Notes: generated by a model not told the origin, from the sequence alone. A DNA stretch of 64,000 bases from an uncultured virus (IMG/VR IMGVR_UViG_2565956931_000003) (IMGVR_UViG_2565956931_000003:1-64000), one strand, 5' to 3'; shown: positions 19,001-29,349, numbered from the stretch's first letter. A program made the numbers and translations.

Positions 19001-22000
19001 TTGAATTTGCTGAGCTATAACCCCTTTATTTACATCAGCCTTGATAAAAGTATCTTCAACAAATTGAGCATTTTGTTTAAGAGACGATCTAAATCCGCCC
19101 TTAAAATTTGGCGCTGAATTACCCCGGCTAATAAACATATTAGTTACAGTAAATGTTCCACCAGATGGAGCATTATCAAACCGTAAACCCAATGGAATAG
19201 CTTCAAAAGCAGAGGCTTTTAAATCAGATGGGAAAATACCAGTAAGTTCTATTTCACCACTTGCAGCTACAACAAACGAAGGCAACCCAACACTATAAGT
19301 TGCACCATGAAATTGAATACTACATGTAGCGCCAACTAATCCTGCAGTTGCTGTGTATTTGATTCTCGCAACTATTGGATCACCCTTATCAATTGGAATT
19401 TCCTTGTGTTTATATTGCAGTTCCCAAACAGCTACAGTTCGGTTTGTACCAGTAGAAATACTTAAATTTTTAGTATCATCACCAAGTAAAATCCAGTTCT
19501 CTTCTGAGTAACGTAAAGTATCAAGTTGTGCTTTAAAAACTTTGATTTCCTCAGCAAATACTTCTTTCGCATCAGATCTTGTAATTTTTTCTTGAAGAAT
19601 TTGTGCGTGGTTTTCTAAAACCTTTTGTAAGTTTCCACTATTGTTTGCCAGACCAATCGGGATACCACTAACTACTTGGACTGCAAGCATGATTTGCTTA
19701 GCCCCATTTGGTCCAGTATCTGGTGTTGCATGCAATTCTATACCACGACCTGAACCAATCCCCTTCTGACCAACTAAAATGTATGCATCCCGACCCGTTA
19801 TTTGATCAAGTGTGAATGGATTGGCACCTAATGAAATTAGTGCATTCTTAACTGGTGCTAGGTTTACCCCAATACTGTCGTAGTTTGTAACGATAACAAA
19901 GGTGTCATTTGGAATCGCAGCAATAGCGTTACTCATTGCCGTAGCATTTGCTACAGCTGCATAAGTATCATATCTAGTTGAAGAAGCAACAGAACCATCA
20001 GCTGCTAAAACATGTACTGAAAAACCACGAGCTGAAGCTACTGATTTGATTTCACCCTTTAAGTTTTTAATCCCTGTGAAAAAGCCATTCCAGCCACATG
20101 AATAAACACGGTAATTGAAAACTTGACCAAGGTCCTGATTTAATTGTTTATAACTTGATTCCAAGTTATTAATAGACTGTGTGGTGTTCTGTTGATTATC
20201 ACTAATAGTTGAATTAATTTCCTGAAACTTACCATCTACAGCAGTTTTATTATTGTCTACAGTAGATTTTAAAGTCGCATAATTCTCTGCAAGTGAAGTA
20301 ATCTTCTCACCGTTTTTTTGAACATCCGCTTTAGTACCCTCAATTGCAGAAGCATTAGCTTCAAGATCCTTAATTAGTTCACGAGGATTTTTTCTAAAAC
20401 CAGTGGCTAACTCACCTTTTTCAAGTTGCACTTCTCTAATTAAAAAGTCAGGAGCAAAACCTACTTGCGAATATAAAATTAAGTTAATATGCTGTAAATT
20501 AATAATATTTGTATCAAAGGTATAAGTACATAATGTTTCTTTATCAGTCGAAATGTTATTCCATGTAGTACCAATTTGGTTGTTACTACCTGATGAATCT
20601 CGACGGTGTATAATTAATAAAATTTGAGTCTGTGCAGCTGTCAACGACATTGCTTTAAATGACAATGTGTACTTCTGATTCATCTCTAAACCATCTGCCA
20701 ATGTCAGAGTTTCAATAAACCCTTTAAAGTATGTAGTTGTATCAGTAGATTTAAAGTGCCCCCAAGTAGCACCTTTTGAATCTTTATAAACTTCAAGTAG
20801 ATTACCTGCCACAGCAGAATTTTGACGCCAATTTAAGGTGCCTAAAGGGCTTGAGAAATCACCATTTTTAATAATATTATCACCACCACTAGTTGAAATA
20901 GCGGCTTTGATGATTTTACTTTCCTCTGCAATCGCTTGATTAGTCTCAGTTTTTGTATAACGAGTACTATCAAGAGTTGCTGAACTGTTAGTCCATAGAT
21001 CACCAAATTTTTGACGAAATTTAGCTTCAAGGGTTTCAGTTGCAGAAGTTATTGCTTGAGCAGTATCTGCTTTAGAAGAGTAATCCTTAATTAGAGTTGA
21101 AGTACTTACCTTATCATTTAACGCTTTATTATTACCCTCAAAAACTTCTACCCAATGCACTGTAGTAGTGGCATTAGCATTTGCTGACGAATTTGGAAAA
21201 CAAGCAAAATTAACAACCGTTGAGTCTGTTCTAGCAATTGTAGTTAAGGTAAATTCGAAAATGTCTTTACTAGCTGAAAAAATAGGCGCATCTGCATTAA
21301 ATACATTAGCTCCGCCAATATATATACGCAAATTGGCTGCATTGTTCCCTCCATTATCAAAGGTAACTTTTGCTCTGACGGTAACAGTAATACCAGGTGC
21401 ATTTAAACTTTTTGCTAAGGGATATGATATTTGTACATAACCACCCGTTTTGCTTTTTTCGACATTCCCCCCGACCACAATGTTGTCAAAAGCCTTTCCA
21501 CCGATACTTGTTTTCAAAGCTTCGGTTGTAGTTGATATTGCGCTATCAACATCAGATTTAGTCATCCGGTCTGAAATTTGTTTAGCCTGTGCTGCCAAAC
21601 CATTTACAGGATCATTAATTGTTGATTCTAAGTTTTGAGTTTTTTTAGCTAAAGCAGTACTTTCAGTAACATACGTTTGTTTAAATTCATTTAAATTTGC
21701 TGATACTTTATCGAATGCTGCATTGAAGTCGTAAGGACTTGCAATCCAATTATCTGTAGTTATGAATTCCCCTTTAACCAATACGGCCCAGTAAACAGTA
21801 CCTACAGAATTTTTGTCTGCTGTAGGTTTATTAATCATATAGAATTGAATTTCTCTACCTGTGCCTGCAGATCTTTTTGTAAAAGTAACTTTATTAATTA
21901 CTTTACCTGCACCTGCAGGGCAAGCTTGAACCCACTGACTTCCGCCACCAGCATATACAGTTAAATTAGAGTTTGTATCACCAGCACCTCGTGTATGCTC

Positions 22001-25000
22001 AGCACACCAAAGAAGTGTGTATTTTGCTCCTACTTCCCAGTCTTCCCCCACTTTATAGCGTAGATGAGGATATGAAACTCCATTGTAAGTTCCTACTACA
22101 TTAGAGTTGATTAACAAATTCGTGCCAGCTGGTGCAGACTTGTTAAGATTTGCTGATAAGGTATTTGATTGTTCAGTAACTGCTTTAATCTGTCCAGCTT
22201 GTTCAGTTACTTTTGAATTTGTTGTTTCAAGTGCTTCACTTGAGGCTTTTTTCCCTACTTCAGTGTTAGTCAAAGTTAGATCATTTCTAAGCTTAGAAAT
22301 ATCTATACTTTGAGAAGATAAAGTATCACCATTCTTCTTTACTTCAGCTTGAGTGACTTTAATTGCTTCCGCATTGGCATTTAAAGAGCTTTGAGTATCA
22401 CGTGGGCTTGGGCTCCATGCGGTAGCCTTATTGCCTGCTTCGATCTGTAATTTTTGAATCGTTGGAATTCGACCAGAACCGTATGTTCCATAAAACTCAA
22501 TTGTTGATTCGGTAGTACTTCCAGTGTGTACTTTAGGGGATACTGTAACTGCAAATCTTTGAAACTCATTTGCTTTTGTTACAGTAACTGAAGTTGTAAA
22601 GTAATGAGCAGATCCATTTGAAGAGTAAACTTGTACTGTTCCAGCAACGGGCACACTCACGTCAAAAGAAATAGTAACCGGCTTATCTAAATTTTCGTCA
22701 TAAAAAGCTTTGAGCTCTTTACTTCGTTCATACATTAAGTATTCACGACTAGTTGATGCTGTTGAGCTTCTTGGCGCTTCTGAATTAGCTACCGCATTAA
22801 CCCCACCAATTTTAATATTATCTACTGCAGCTGTGATATCAGTAGCCACACGTCCCATGGCGCTATCAAGATCACTCTTTGTAGCTGTTTTCAATAATGC
22901 TTGAGCGTTGCTCTGAATACCTGTTTCAGCATTCTGCATTCTTGATTCAAGCTTACTGGTCCGTTCTGCTTCAGCCTCAGTTCTATTAGTAGCAGTTTTG
23001 AATAAATCATTTGCGGTTGCTGTTGCATCATTTGCTGAAGCTAAAGAGTTGTTATCTTCAACGATAATGTAGTTAAGCTGACTTATACCTGGTTGAGCCG
23101 CATAGTTACCAATAAACATTGGGGCATAAAATTCAGCTTGTGCTGGGAAAGTACGCGGATTATCAATTGTTCCAAGTCCCGTAGCTGCACCTGTAGATTT
23201 TCCTTTCAGATAAAGTACAACTTCTTGCCATTCACCTAAATTTGGTTTAATTGCAGACAACAAGTAATTTGATGAGCCCATGTCTGCAGCAAGATTATTT
23301 GTAGTTGTTACATACTTAGTTTGATCTGCTGTTTTACATGCAACACCTAAATAAATACTTCCATTTTCACCAGCAACACGACGGAAACGTGCACGCACCC
23401 GATAAAGCGTATCTGGATTAATTTTTACTAATTCTTTCCAATGAACCCAAGCTTCATCATTGCCAGCATTATTACCAAGCTCAAGAATATAACCGCCAAA
23501 TGCATCAGAATCTTGAAGTACTTTAGCTTCACCTGTAGCTCGCCAAGTTGACCAGTCATCAATTCCTTTTGCTGTTACTACTGCCCTCACACCAGTAGTC
23601 ACTTGAGTTTGAGACTTGAGACTTAATAAATTTTGAGAAAGTGCTTCAGTTGCTTTTACCGCTGTTGTACCAGTTTGCTGCGCTTCGGCTGCATTATCGA
23701 AAGCTAGTTTAGCAATATCATCAGTAGTTTTAAGTGAAGAAGAAAGGCCAGATATTTTAGTGTTTGTATTACTTTCTAAGGTAGATATACTTTTTTGGAC
23801 ATCTACAATCTGACCTTGTACCTTCAAATTTTCTTTCGAGATACTTGTATCAAGTTCTGTAAATTTCGTCGTGGTAGACTGTTCAAATTCAGCTAGTGAC
23901 TCAGTAACTTCTAGAATATTTGAATTCGACTGACGATCTGCTTCTTCCAGAGCTGCTTTTGTTTGGTCGATACGTAATGATAAGGCTTTATCCCCATCAG
24001 AAACTGACTGAGTAATTGTCGCTAAATCAGACGTTGTTTTAGTTTTATTTGAATTATAGTCAGTCTTTAGTTCTTCAAGTTTTTTTGCTTCTGAAACAAG
24101 TTTCTCATCAACAAGTTTTACAGATGATTCAACCTTTTCGATATATGAGGCATTACCAGTAATTTGATCACGCCATGCTTTAGGGATGGTGTCATTTAGT
24201 GCTGTAATGTCCCAGACCTCATAATCAGCAAGGATTACATCAACTGGGCTTGAAGTGCTTGGTAAAGGTGGATTAGTGCCAGCTAATACACGAAAATGCC
24301 CATGAATAGCTGCTGGTGCATCATAGCCACACTGAACAACAGAGTAATAAACCTCAAACTTGCCAGTACCTTCTTTATTTCCAAGTACTCGTAAATAACC
24401 ACCTGTACCTGTAGCATTGCCAACTGGTAATAAATAAGTCCCTTTTGGCATTTTAATAATTTGTTTTATTAAAAAGGTTTTATTAGGCGCAGCTACAAGT
24501 GTAGGAACAGTTGGATACCAACCACCACCTAAAGATGATGTAGATCTTAAAAGCATCTCATGGGTACTATTTACGGGGTTATCCGTAGATTTGGCTTGTC
24601 GAGTTAGTGTTGAGCCTGCTGGTACCACATAGGCACTTAATCCCCCATTACCAGAAAGAAACGTCGGATCATCACGTAAAGGTTTACCAAGTGATTGCAT
24701 CCGCGCTAACTCATTAGCACTTAATAAACTTGCATTTGTTGTGTCTAAACTGGCCTGTATTTGGTCAGTTTTTTCAGCCACAGATTTGGTAAGGTCAACT
24801 ACAGTTCGTTCAACACTATTAATGGCAGCTTTGTTATCACCAATTTGAGATTGAGCAATACTAATTTGTTCAGTAATTGCTTTGTCTTGAGCTGCACGAG
24901 TTTTAGATTCTTCTGAAATTAAGGCATTTGATTTACCCAATTCGTTTTGCATTTCAGCAAACTTAAGCTCAAAACTTTGAGTTAAAGCCTCTTTATCATT

Positions 25001-26368
25001 TGCACGTGCTTCAGCTTCAGCTAGAAAACCAGAATCGACTTTCTTATCAAGCTCAACATACTGAGCTGCAAATTCATCTACTTTTTTAACTGCAGCTTCA
25101 GTTTTGCTAACTATTGGTTCAATTTTTTGATTAATGAGGGTATTAGTTTCTTCACCTAATGCTAATTTAGCATCATCAATCATTTGACCAGCTTTAACTA
25201 AGTTTTGATCAATATCTTGTTTTAAAGCGGCCTTTGTTTGATCAATAACAATAAGAGTGTCAGCTGCTTGCTTTTTACGGTCTAGAACTTCTTGGTCTGC
25301 AACTTTTTTCGCGTTTTCTGCGACCAAGCGAATTTCATCAGAATCACTTCTAACATCAGCAATAATAGAATCCGTTTCTCTCTTGATGAAACCAATTTTG
25401 TCATCGAGTTCTTTCTCAGCGCGGATTGCCCGTTGTTGAGCATCAGCTACCAACTCTTCATTTGCCAGAATTGATTGATCAATACGTTTATTGGCTTCAT
25501 CCAAACGAATATTTGCATCATTTGCATGCTGTTCAACAATCAGTTTGGTATCGATAATTTCTTGATCAATATAAGCCCGAATTTCATCAACTTTATTTTG
25601 TGCAATCTGACCTACTTCTTTTACTTGGTCATGTATTTTTTGCACCTCTTCATCAATGTGATTAATACCTTCTTCAAGCAATTTATAGGCATCAGAATCT
25701 TTAATATTATCAATTAACTCTTCTACTTCTTTTATTTTTTCATCAATTTCTTGGCTTATCTGATCTTTGTTTTCATCAATTTTTTCGCCTTGTTCTTTTA
25801 AGTCTTCTTTTAAACTCTCTAACTTATTAAGAGCGTCTTTAAATGCACCCTCAATAGCTTTAGGGTCAATAGGCACACCTGCAACCGTAAGTGTTGTGCC
25901 AACAGCCATACTGCCTGCAACAGAACTATTTCCTGCAACTGAAGTATTACCTACTACAGTACTATTTCCCGTTAATGTGCTATTACCAGTTTGTTGTGTA
26001 TTAGCTTGCACATTCATCAACGGCGTTTTAATAGATACAGTTGTGCCAGAATCTACTTTTAAATTTTCTTTAGAGATAAATTCAATATTGTCTTGTCGAA
26101 TACGGCGCACACCTACAATTGCGCCGTCTCCGTGACTGACATAACTATGGATTACTGGACGTTCTTCATTGCCGTTTTCAAAGAAGACATAGACGTCTTC
26201 CCCATCCACAATTTGAATTTCTGTATCTAAATCACTATCACCGACTGGATAGGCAAAAGTTGCAGTAATGCCTTCACTCGCGCCATCAGTTAAACCATGA
26301 ATGTGTACTTGTGCAGTACGACCTTTTGCGTTGTAACTTAAAATCTTTGCACGTTTATAACCATTCAT
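16013..26368 (-). CDS. Giant baseplate spike (gpV/gp5-like) fused to a multi-domain central fibre/receptor-binding protein, 3451 aa
   Basis: N-terminal OB-fold spike motif (VYVFFENGNEERPVI) plus short beta-helix repeats; long coiled coils alternating with carbohydrate-binding-like domains; ILEI-like domain; J/DUF1983-like C-terminus (FQADRIFF...PFIIQDNQVLMNSDVFIKN). Confidence 0.8.
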   Translation of the reverse strand: MNGYKRAKILSYNAKGRTAQVHIHGLTDGASEGITATFAYPVGDSDLDTEIQIVDGEDVYVFFENGNEERPVIHSYVSHGDGAIVGVRRIRQDNIEFISKENLKVDSGTTVSIKTPLMNVQANTQQTGNSTLTGNSTVVGNTSVAGNSSVAGSMAVGTTLTVAGVPIDPKAIEGAFKDALNKLESLKEDLKEQGEKIDENKDQISQEIDEKIKEVEELIDNIKDSDAYKLLEEGINHIDEEVQKIHDQVKEVGQIAQNKVDEIRAYIDQEIIDTKLIVEQHANDANIRLDEANKRIDQSILANEELVADAQQRAIRAEKELDDKIGFIKRETDSIIADVRSDSDEIRLVAENAKKVADQEVLDRKKQAADTLIVIDQTKAALKQDIDQNLVKAGQMIDDAKLALGEETNTLINQKIEPIVSKTEAAVKKVDEFAAQYVELDKKVDSGFLAEAEARANDKEALTQSFELKFAEMQNELGKSNALISEESKTRAAQDKAITEQISIAQSQIGDNKAAINSVERTVVDLTKSVAEKTDQIQASLDTTNASLLSANELARMQSLGKPLRDDPTFLSGNGGLSAYVVPAGSTLTRQAKSTDNPVNSTHEMLLRSTSSLGGGWYPTVPTLVAAPNKTFLIKQIIKMPKGTYLLPVGNATGTGGYLRVLGNKEGTGKFEVYYSVVQCGYDAPAAIHGHFRVLAGTNPPLPSTSSPVDVILADYEVWDITALNDTIPKAWRDQITGNASYIEKVESSVKLVDEKLVSEAKKLEELKTDYNSNKTKTTSDLATITQSVSDGDKALSLRIDQTKAALEEADRQSNSNILEVTESLAEFEQSTTTKFTELDTSISKENLKVQGQIVDVQKSISTLESNTNTKISGLSSSLKTTDDIAKLAFDNAAEAQQTGTTAVKATEALSQNLLSLKSQTQVTTGVRAVVTAKGIDDWSTWRATGEAKVLQDSDAFGGYILELGNNAGNDEAWVHWKELVKINPDTLYRVRARFRRVAGENGSIYLGVACKTADQTKYVTTTNNLAADMGSSNYLLSAIKPNLGEWQEVVLYLKGKSTGAATGLGTIDNPRTFPAQAEFYAPMFIGNYAAQPGISQLNYIIVEDNNSLASANDATATANDLFKTATNRTEAEAERTSKLESRMQNAETGIQSNAQALLKTATKSDLDSAMGRVATDITAAVDNIKIGGVNAVANSEAPRSSTASTSREYLMYERSKELKAFYDENLDKPVTISFDVSVPVAGTVQVYSSNGSAHYFTTSVTVTKANEFQRFAVTVSPKVHTGSTTESTIEFYGTYGSGRIPTIQKLQIEAGNKATAWSPSPRDTQSSLNANAEAIKVTQAEVKKNGDTLSSQSIDISKLRNDLTLTNTEVGKKASSEALETTNSKVTEQAGQIKAVTEQSNTLSANLNKSAPAGTNLLINSNVVGTYNGVSYPHLRYKVGEDWEVGAKYTLLWCAEHTRGAGDTNSNLTVYAGGGSQWVQACPAGAGKVINKVTFTKRSAGTGREIQFYMINKPTADKNSVGTVYWAVLVKGEFITTDNWIASPYDFNAAFDKVSANLNEFKQTYVTESTALAKKTQNLESTINDPVNGLAAQAKQISDRMTKSDVDSAISTTTEALKTSIGGKAFDNIVVGGNVEKSKTGGYVQISYPLAKSLNAPGITVTVRAKVTFDNGGNNAANLRIYIGGANVFNADAPIFSASKDIFEFTLTTIARTDSTVVNFACFPNSSANANATTTVHWVEVFEGNNKALNDKVSTSTLIKDYSSKADTAQAITSATETLEAKFRQKFGDLWTNSSATLDSTRYTKTETNQAIAEESKIIKAAISTSGGDNIIKNGDFSSPLGTLNWRQNSAVAGNLLEVYKDSKGATWGHFKSTDTTTYFKGFIETLTLADGLEMNQKYTLSFKAMSLTAAQTQILLIIHRRDSSGSNNQIGTTWNNISTDKETLCTYTFDTNIINLQHINLILYSQVGFAPDFLIREVQLEKGELATGFRKNPRELIKDLEANASAIEGTKADVQKNGEKITSLAENYATLKSTVDNNKTAVDGKFQEINSTISDNQQNTTQSINNLESSYKQLNQDLGQVFNYRVYSCGWNGFFTGIKNLKGEIKSVASARGFSVHVLAADGSVASSTRYDTYAAVANATAMSNAIAAIPNDTFVIVTNYDSIGVNLAPVKNALISLGANPFTLDQITGRDAYILVGQKGIGSGRGIELHATPDTGPNGAKQIMLAVQVVSGIPIGLANNSGNLQKVLENHAQILQEKITRSDAKEVFAEEIKVFKAQLDTLRYSEENWILLGDDTKNLSISTGTNRTVAVWELQYKHKEIPIDKGDPIVARIKYTATAGLVGATCSIQFHGATYSVGLPSFVVAASGEIELTGIFPSDLKASAFEAIPLGLRFDNAPSGGTFTVTNMFISRGNSAPNFKGGFRSSLKQNAQFVEDTFIKADVNKGVIAQQIQQYDATVPGGLSSVVKTTKATADQTSKDLATLRNTEISQLQTSTNNLGSALENTTMLAMMITNGKLLQGDVNFKKGNNGVSVYNNAGNGNVTVTRVAKSADNPTTSTYEIEIKTIGAANPTWGGFVQLVYGRANAVFVIKYLIKLPVGYKLVNAGNAMGTGAIDRFIGNTEGTGKFETYIRMIKCGAVGSFSNSGHVYVAGGSTPTATAPLVWTLAQIEQYDVTDYASADPTLQDFVSSATDSISTLTNFKETWAAKLTEMSSKLDSKNGAYILNADITNTNVERAIAASSQKITSEYTNAMSVQPLSSGAGKIFVKPLTWRQAITTSGTLVIKTPITVGAYMTKVKISGYNYNNKEDNIFDLDLAFYAYTSTVPFYSNMTSRSFGITLDESNATTKGLALALDSNNKVCILITKKYAWSYPAITVESATITHTNPPDYFKDGWTAAIETDLSVYKSVTPFTVTSMMETTAGSQAKVDVPMAQLSDIAADNKLTPVEKKQAKLVWDTLYQTDASLRAEAVTYGISSAAYATAFSTLNTYLAALFANMNVTSTIDRNQFITNFANVHNARQALVRAISEKAKEIADTAKDIASTTKATLERDYMTSTKTNEAIASSTERMSALYSANGQKIMASVLETWQKDWLVKTPSGNKTELSLVADATCRGGYALRIGNNVGNDEAWLNWFTSLPIDDNKYYRVKYRFRRVSGTGVVYVGATCQNANKTKYIAQDNSEINDIGSSHYLVAGTAPALGTWITGTAYFKGRSAGASAGAGTLLSPKTFANKAAFFTPVFIGNYSGKAGEVDLDFIDIEDADNIADFENFKTTYTTDVGAYAGALQTLVSVYGQNAIKLKSQADLIDGVKGKYVMGMDNNGVFTGMSMVSEQTNGTVLSSIGFQADRIFFTTGSSSTKYMPFIIQDNQVLMNSDVFIKNLTAANFKAKSLTAELFNVDKLSAITGELGTLITYKDPSQPQKARMVISGTALKLYDDNNIERIYIGL

Positions 26369-26377
26369 ATATTTGAC

Positions 26378-27271
26378 CTACAAATTAGCAATCCAGAACT
26401 TTGATGAAGTCCCCATTGATCCCCCGATTGCGCCTGTATCTATATGATGTGCAGCTGTTAAAACGATATACTTCTTACTATCAATTTCGAATATATCGCC
26501 CGCATTCCAATTCAAATTTAGCGGCCTGATTATGGTTCCCCGCAAGATCAAAACTTTTTCTAAGTTTTTAACTTGTCGGGCATCTAAACCAGCTCTTTGC
26601 GTAACAGTGTGGCCTGGGGTTATTGAGTCATCACCAACAACCGTTGAACCGTTATTCTCCACGGTCACGAAAGATGATTTTTGCATCAGTTCCAAAGGTT
26701 TACTTGATATCCAAACGACACTGCTAGGATCTAGTTTTGTGATAGGTTCCTTTTTGAAGAAAGAATCAATTTTTTGAGCAGACACTTTATTATTTTGAAA
26801 GCAAATTACAGCTGCTTCTTGTTGCAGATAATGAGCCAAGCGCTGTGTAGGCATACTACCCTTTAAACAAACAAATTTAGGCAAAGGTAAATCACTGCCC
26901 AGACTGATCGTTGCACCACAAGCTCGAATTACTGAATTAAAAGAAGTTTCATTACTAATAATTGCTTGCTTTGAATATTCGATAAGTCTTTTACAACCAG
27001 CCAAAATACCAATACATGAGATGCCACCTACTCGCCGATCTTGTTTAATAGTCTGAGTTTTTAGAGGGGTAACTTTGATAAGTTCGAAAGGATGAGATAT
27101 GTCATTTACAGTAAGTAGCTCCCCTTCTTTTAAAAGGGAGTCTAATTCAGTAGTAGATTGAACTGTGAACTCAATAGATGCGGGAATAGGTACGAGATCA
27201 GTTCTTAAAGTTGCACTAATCAGCTCAGACGCTGGAATAATTTTACCCGCAGATACAATGGTGATTTGCAT
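26378..27271 (-). CDS. Baseplate hub protein
   Basis: Directly upstream of the spike; TLRTDLVPIPASIEF start and YIVLTAAHH end. Confidence 0.6.
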   Translation of the reverse strand: MQITIVSAGKIIPASELISATLRTDLVPIPASIEFTVQSTTELDSLLKEGELLTVNDISHPFELIKVTPLKTQTIKQDRRVGGISCIGILAGCKRLIEYSKQAIISNETSFNSVIRACGATISLGSDLPLPKFVCLKGSMPTQRLAHYLQQEAAVICFQNNKVSAQKIDSFFKKEPITKLDPSSVVWISSKPLELMQKSSFVTVENNGSTVVGDDSITPGHTVTQRAGLDARQVKNLEKVLILRGTIIRPLNLNWNAGDIFEIDSKKYIVLTAAHHIDTGAIGGSMGTSSKFWIANL

Positions 27272-27720
27272 TAACGGTTCCCCAAGTTAAAATTAAAACT
27301 CATTGGGGCCATACAAAACGCAAGTTTAGGCAAAGCGTCTTTCTTTTCATTATAGTTCTGTTGAGCTTCTGATACAGATAGCCCATAACTTTCGACTCCG
27401 AGCCCACGAGTAGCTTCAACCAATCTAGCTTGCAAAAGATCACAGTGAGCTTTTACTAAAGGTTGGATGATTACGTACTCATCACCGCTAAGTTCGATAG
27501 TTTCATTCAGTTCAATACTCGTGGTAGCTTTAGTTTGACAATCTAAAACAGCCCATCCGGCATAATATTTTGCCTCATCTAAAAATGCTTTCACGATATC
27601 ATCAAGCAAAATTGAATAGCCCGATAATTGATATTCTTTATAGAGTTCTTCTGAAAGTTGCTGGATAGAACCAGCAACTACAGCATACCCTTCAGATTCA
27701 GGTAATAACTTCATAGCCAT
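27271..27720 (-). CDS. Virion morphogenesis protein
   Basis: 149-aa coupled ORF; context. Confidence 0.5.
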   Translation of the reverse strand: MAMKLLPESEGYAVVAGSIQQLSEELYKEYQLSGYSILLDDIVKAFLDEAKYYAGWAVLDCQTKATTSIELNETIELSGDEYVIIQPLVKAHCDLLQARLVEATRGLGVESYGLSVSEAQQNYNEKKDALPKLAFCMAPMSFNFNLGNR

Positions 27721-28364
27721 TACCCGAAAAGATTGCCTAATGTACGTGATGTCGCATTAATCGTTGAGTTGCGTACAGCTTGTTGAGCAGTATTGATTAC
27801 CTGCTGAACGCGATTCACAAGTTCAGCTGTACCATCAATTTCTTTTTTACCCGGCTGAATACTGCCGTTGGTACCAATGTTTGCGAAGCTACCAAAGTAG
27901 TTATAGTCGATTGGGCAAGAAACTGTCATAACTTGAGATCGGCTATCTGAATCATACTCAGCTGACTCAAAGCGTATAGCACAGTTTTCAAGTGCATAAG
28001 AACGGGTAAAACTACCTAAACGGCCATCGTAATAATCACCATGGATGATTCCACCACTAGCTACGACATATTCAGCTAATAGTTGATCATGCCCTGCTTC
28101 AGTTACTAGGATTTGAAGGTTGCCTGTGTAATGGGTTTTCGGGGGACCAGCAACAATTCCAGTAAATCCACCCGCATATTGAACTTCTGCTGGATCTTCA
28201 TTACTCACAATTGGCCGTGGGCAACTTTTAAATAAGAAGCGAAGGTCTTCCATGCCACGAGGAACAAACATCCCCTGACACGCTAATAATGGTGAACCAA
28301 GTTGCTGTAGAGCAATGTAATCTTGTTTAAGCTGATTTAGTAAAATCGGATTAGATTGTTGCAT
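27720..28364 (-). CDS. Tail tube protein
   Basis: Start reassigned to ATG at 28364 (MQQSNP...); tube-like motifs (SAEYDSDSRSQVMTVSCPIDYNYFG); own late promoter. Confidence 0.6.
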   Translation of the reverse strand: MQQSNPILLNQLKQDYIALQQLGSPLLACQGMFVPRGMEDLRFLFKSCPRPIVSNEDPAEVQYAGGFTGIVAGPPKTHYTGNLQILVTEAGHDQLLAEYVVASGGIIHGDYYDGRLGSFTRSYALENCAIRFESAEYDSDSRSQVMTVSCPIDYNYFGSFANIGTNGSIQPGKKEIDGTAELVNRVQQVINTAQQAVRNSTINATSRTLGNLFG

Positions 28365-28398
28365 AATTTTGATGCTCAAAATGCAGATTTATGCAACA

Positions 28399-28439
28399 AG
28401 ATTAAGGATGTTTTTGCTATTGGTTTTTAATCAGTTCCA
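28399..28439 (-). promoter_or_regulatory. Late promoter (tube operon) with start-codon-occluding hairpin
   Basis: TGGAAC-N29-TAATCT; perfect 11-bp inverted repeat 28356-28366/28389-28399 covering the ATG. Confidence 0.7.
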
Positions 28440-28490
28440 TTTTAGAAAACTGACTTTATATTAATAAAAAACCCGCAAAAGCGGGCTATA

Positions 28491-28757
28491 TCACATCTGT
28501 TTATAGATAACATCTCGCCTATCTACATCAAGAACAAGAACTACGACTACATCATCCTTGACTTGATATAAAAGGCGGTATCCTGCTGATTTCAGTTTAA
28601 TCTTATATAGATCAACTGATCCTCTCAGCTTATTCTTCGGTATCTTAGGGTTATCTAGGATTGCTTCCAGCTTACGAATAAACTGCTCAGCGATTTGTGG
28701 GTTAAGTTTGTCAAACTTTTTAAGAGCTGTTTTTGAGAACTCTAGCTCGTAACTCAT
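28491..28757 (-). CDS. relE: RelE/StbE-family toxin
   Basis: YELEFSKTALKKFDKL...LYKIKLKSAGYRLLYQV. Confidence 0.9.
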   Translation of the reverse strand: MSYELEFSKTALKKFDKLNPQIAEQFIRKLEAILDNPKIPKNKLRGSVDLYKIKLKSAGYRLLYQVKDDVVVVLVLDVDRRDVIYKQM

Positions 28758-29007
28758 TAATAGATACCTTCACAGTTTCGTCAGTATCAACTTGCTCGGC
28801 TAGTTTAATTAGTTCCTGATCTTCAATTAGATCCATCATGCGTTCATACATTGCTGCCGGAACACAGTAGAATTCTGGATTATTTCTATTCAGAATAGCT
28901 ACTGCTTCGCCAAAAGCATTTTGTACAACTGCTGTAGGATTCTTTTTTAATTCAGAAACACTAGCCACAAATCGACTATGGATTATGTGGTTCATGACGT
29001 TTCTCAT
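28720..29007 (-). CDS. Phd/YefM (StbD/YafN-like) antitoxin
   Basis: ASVSELKKNP...AVAILNRNNPEFYCVP; overlaps the toxin start. Confidence 0.9.
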   Translation of the reverse strand: MRNVMNHIIHSRFVASVSELKKNPTAVVQNAFGEAVAILNRNNPEFYCVPAAMYERMMDLIEDQELIKLAEQVDTDETVKVSINELRARVLKNSS

Positions 29008-29099
29008 TTGATGTGTCCTACATCAATTTGTAGCCAATTGATTAGAACCGTCCTCAGAAAGTTAAGTTTGCTACAGGGTTAACTCAATATAAACAATTT

Positions 29100-29144
29100 G
29101 AAGATCTGTTTCAAGACCTGTTTAACAACCACTTAATAGGTCTT
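29100..29144. promoter_or_regulatory. Probable TA operator repeats
   Basis: AAGATCTGTTT and AAGACCTGTTT direct repeats plus an inverted AGGTCTT upstream of the antitoxin. Confidence 0.4.
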
Positions 29145-29187
29145 AATAAAAAAGCCACCCTAAAAGGTAGCTTTTTAAATCAGCTTT

Positions 29188-29240
29188 TTATCCAATATTT
29201 GGTGGTACTCGCAGAACCTGTACTGAAGGTACACCCCGAT
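29188..29240 (-). repeat. 53-bp duplicate of the 3' end of gene 30981..31259
   Basis: 52/53 identical to 30981-31033. Confidence 0.9.
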
Positions 29241-29349
29241 ACACACCCATGAAGCATATCGTTGATGGCATTGGCTTAGATTGGGCTTCTCAGTTTGTTA
29301 AGTTAAAACAAATAGTTAATCAAGTTGTTATGATTTTCATAATAACTGA
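29240..29349 (+). pseudogene. Silent antirepressor N-terminal fragment (third variant)
   Basis: Translates YTPMKHIVDGIGLDWASQFVKLKQ...; homologous to both full ant genes; lacks the N-terminal codons and soon terminates. Confidence 0.8.
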
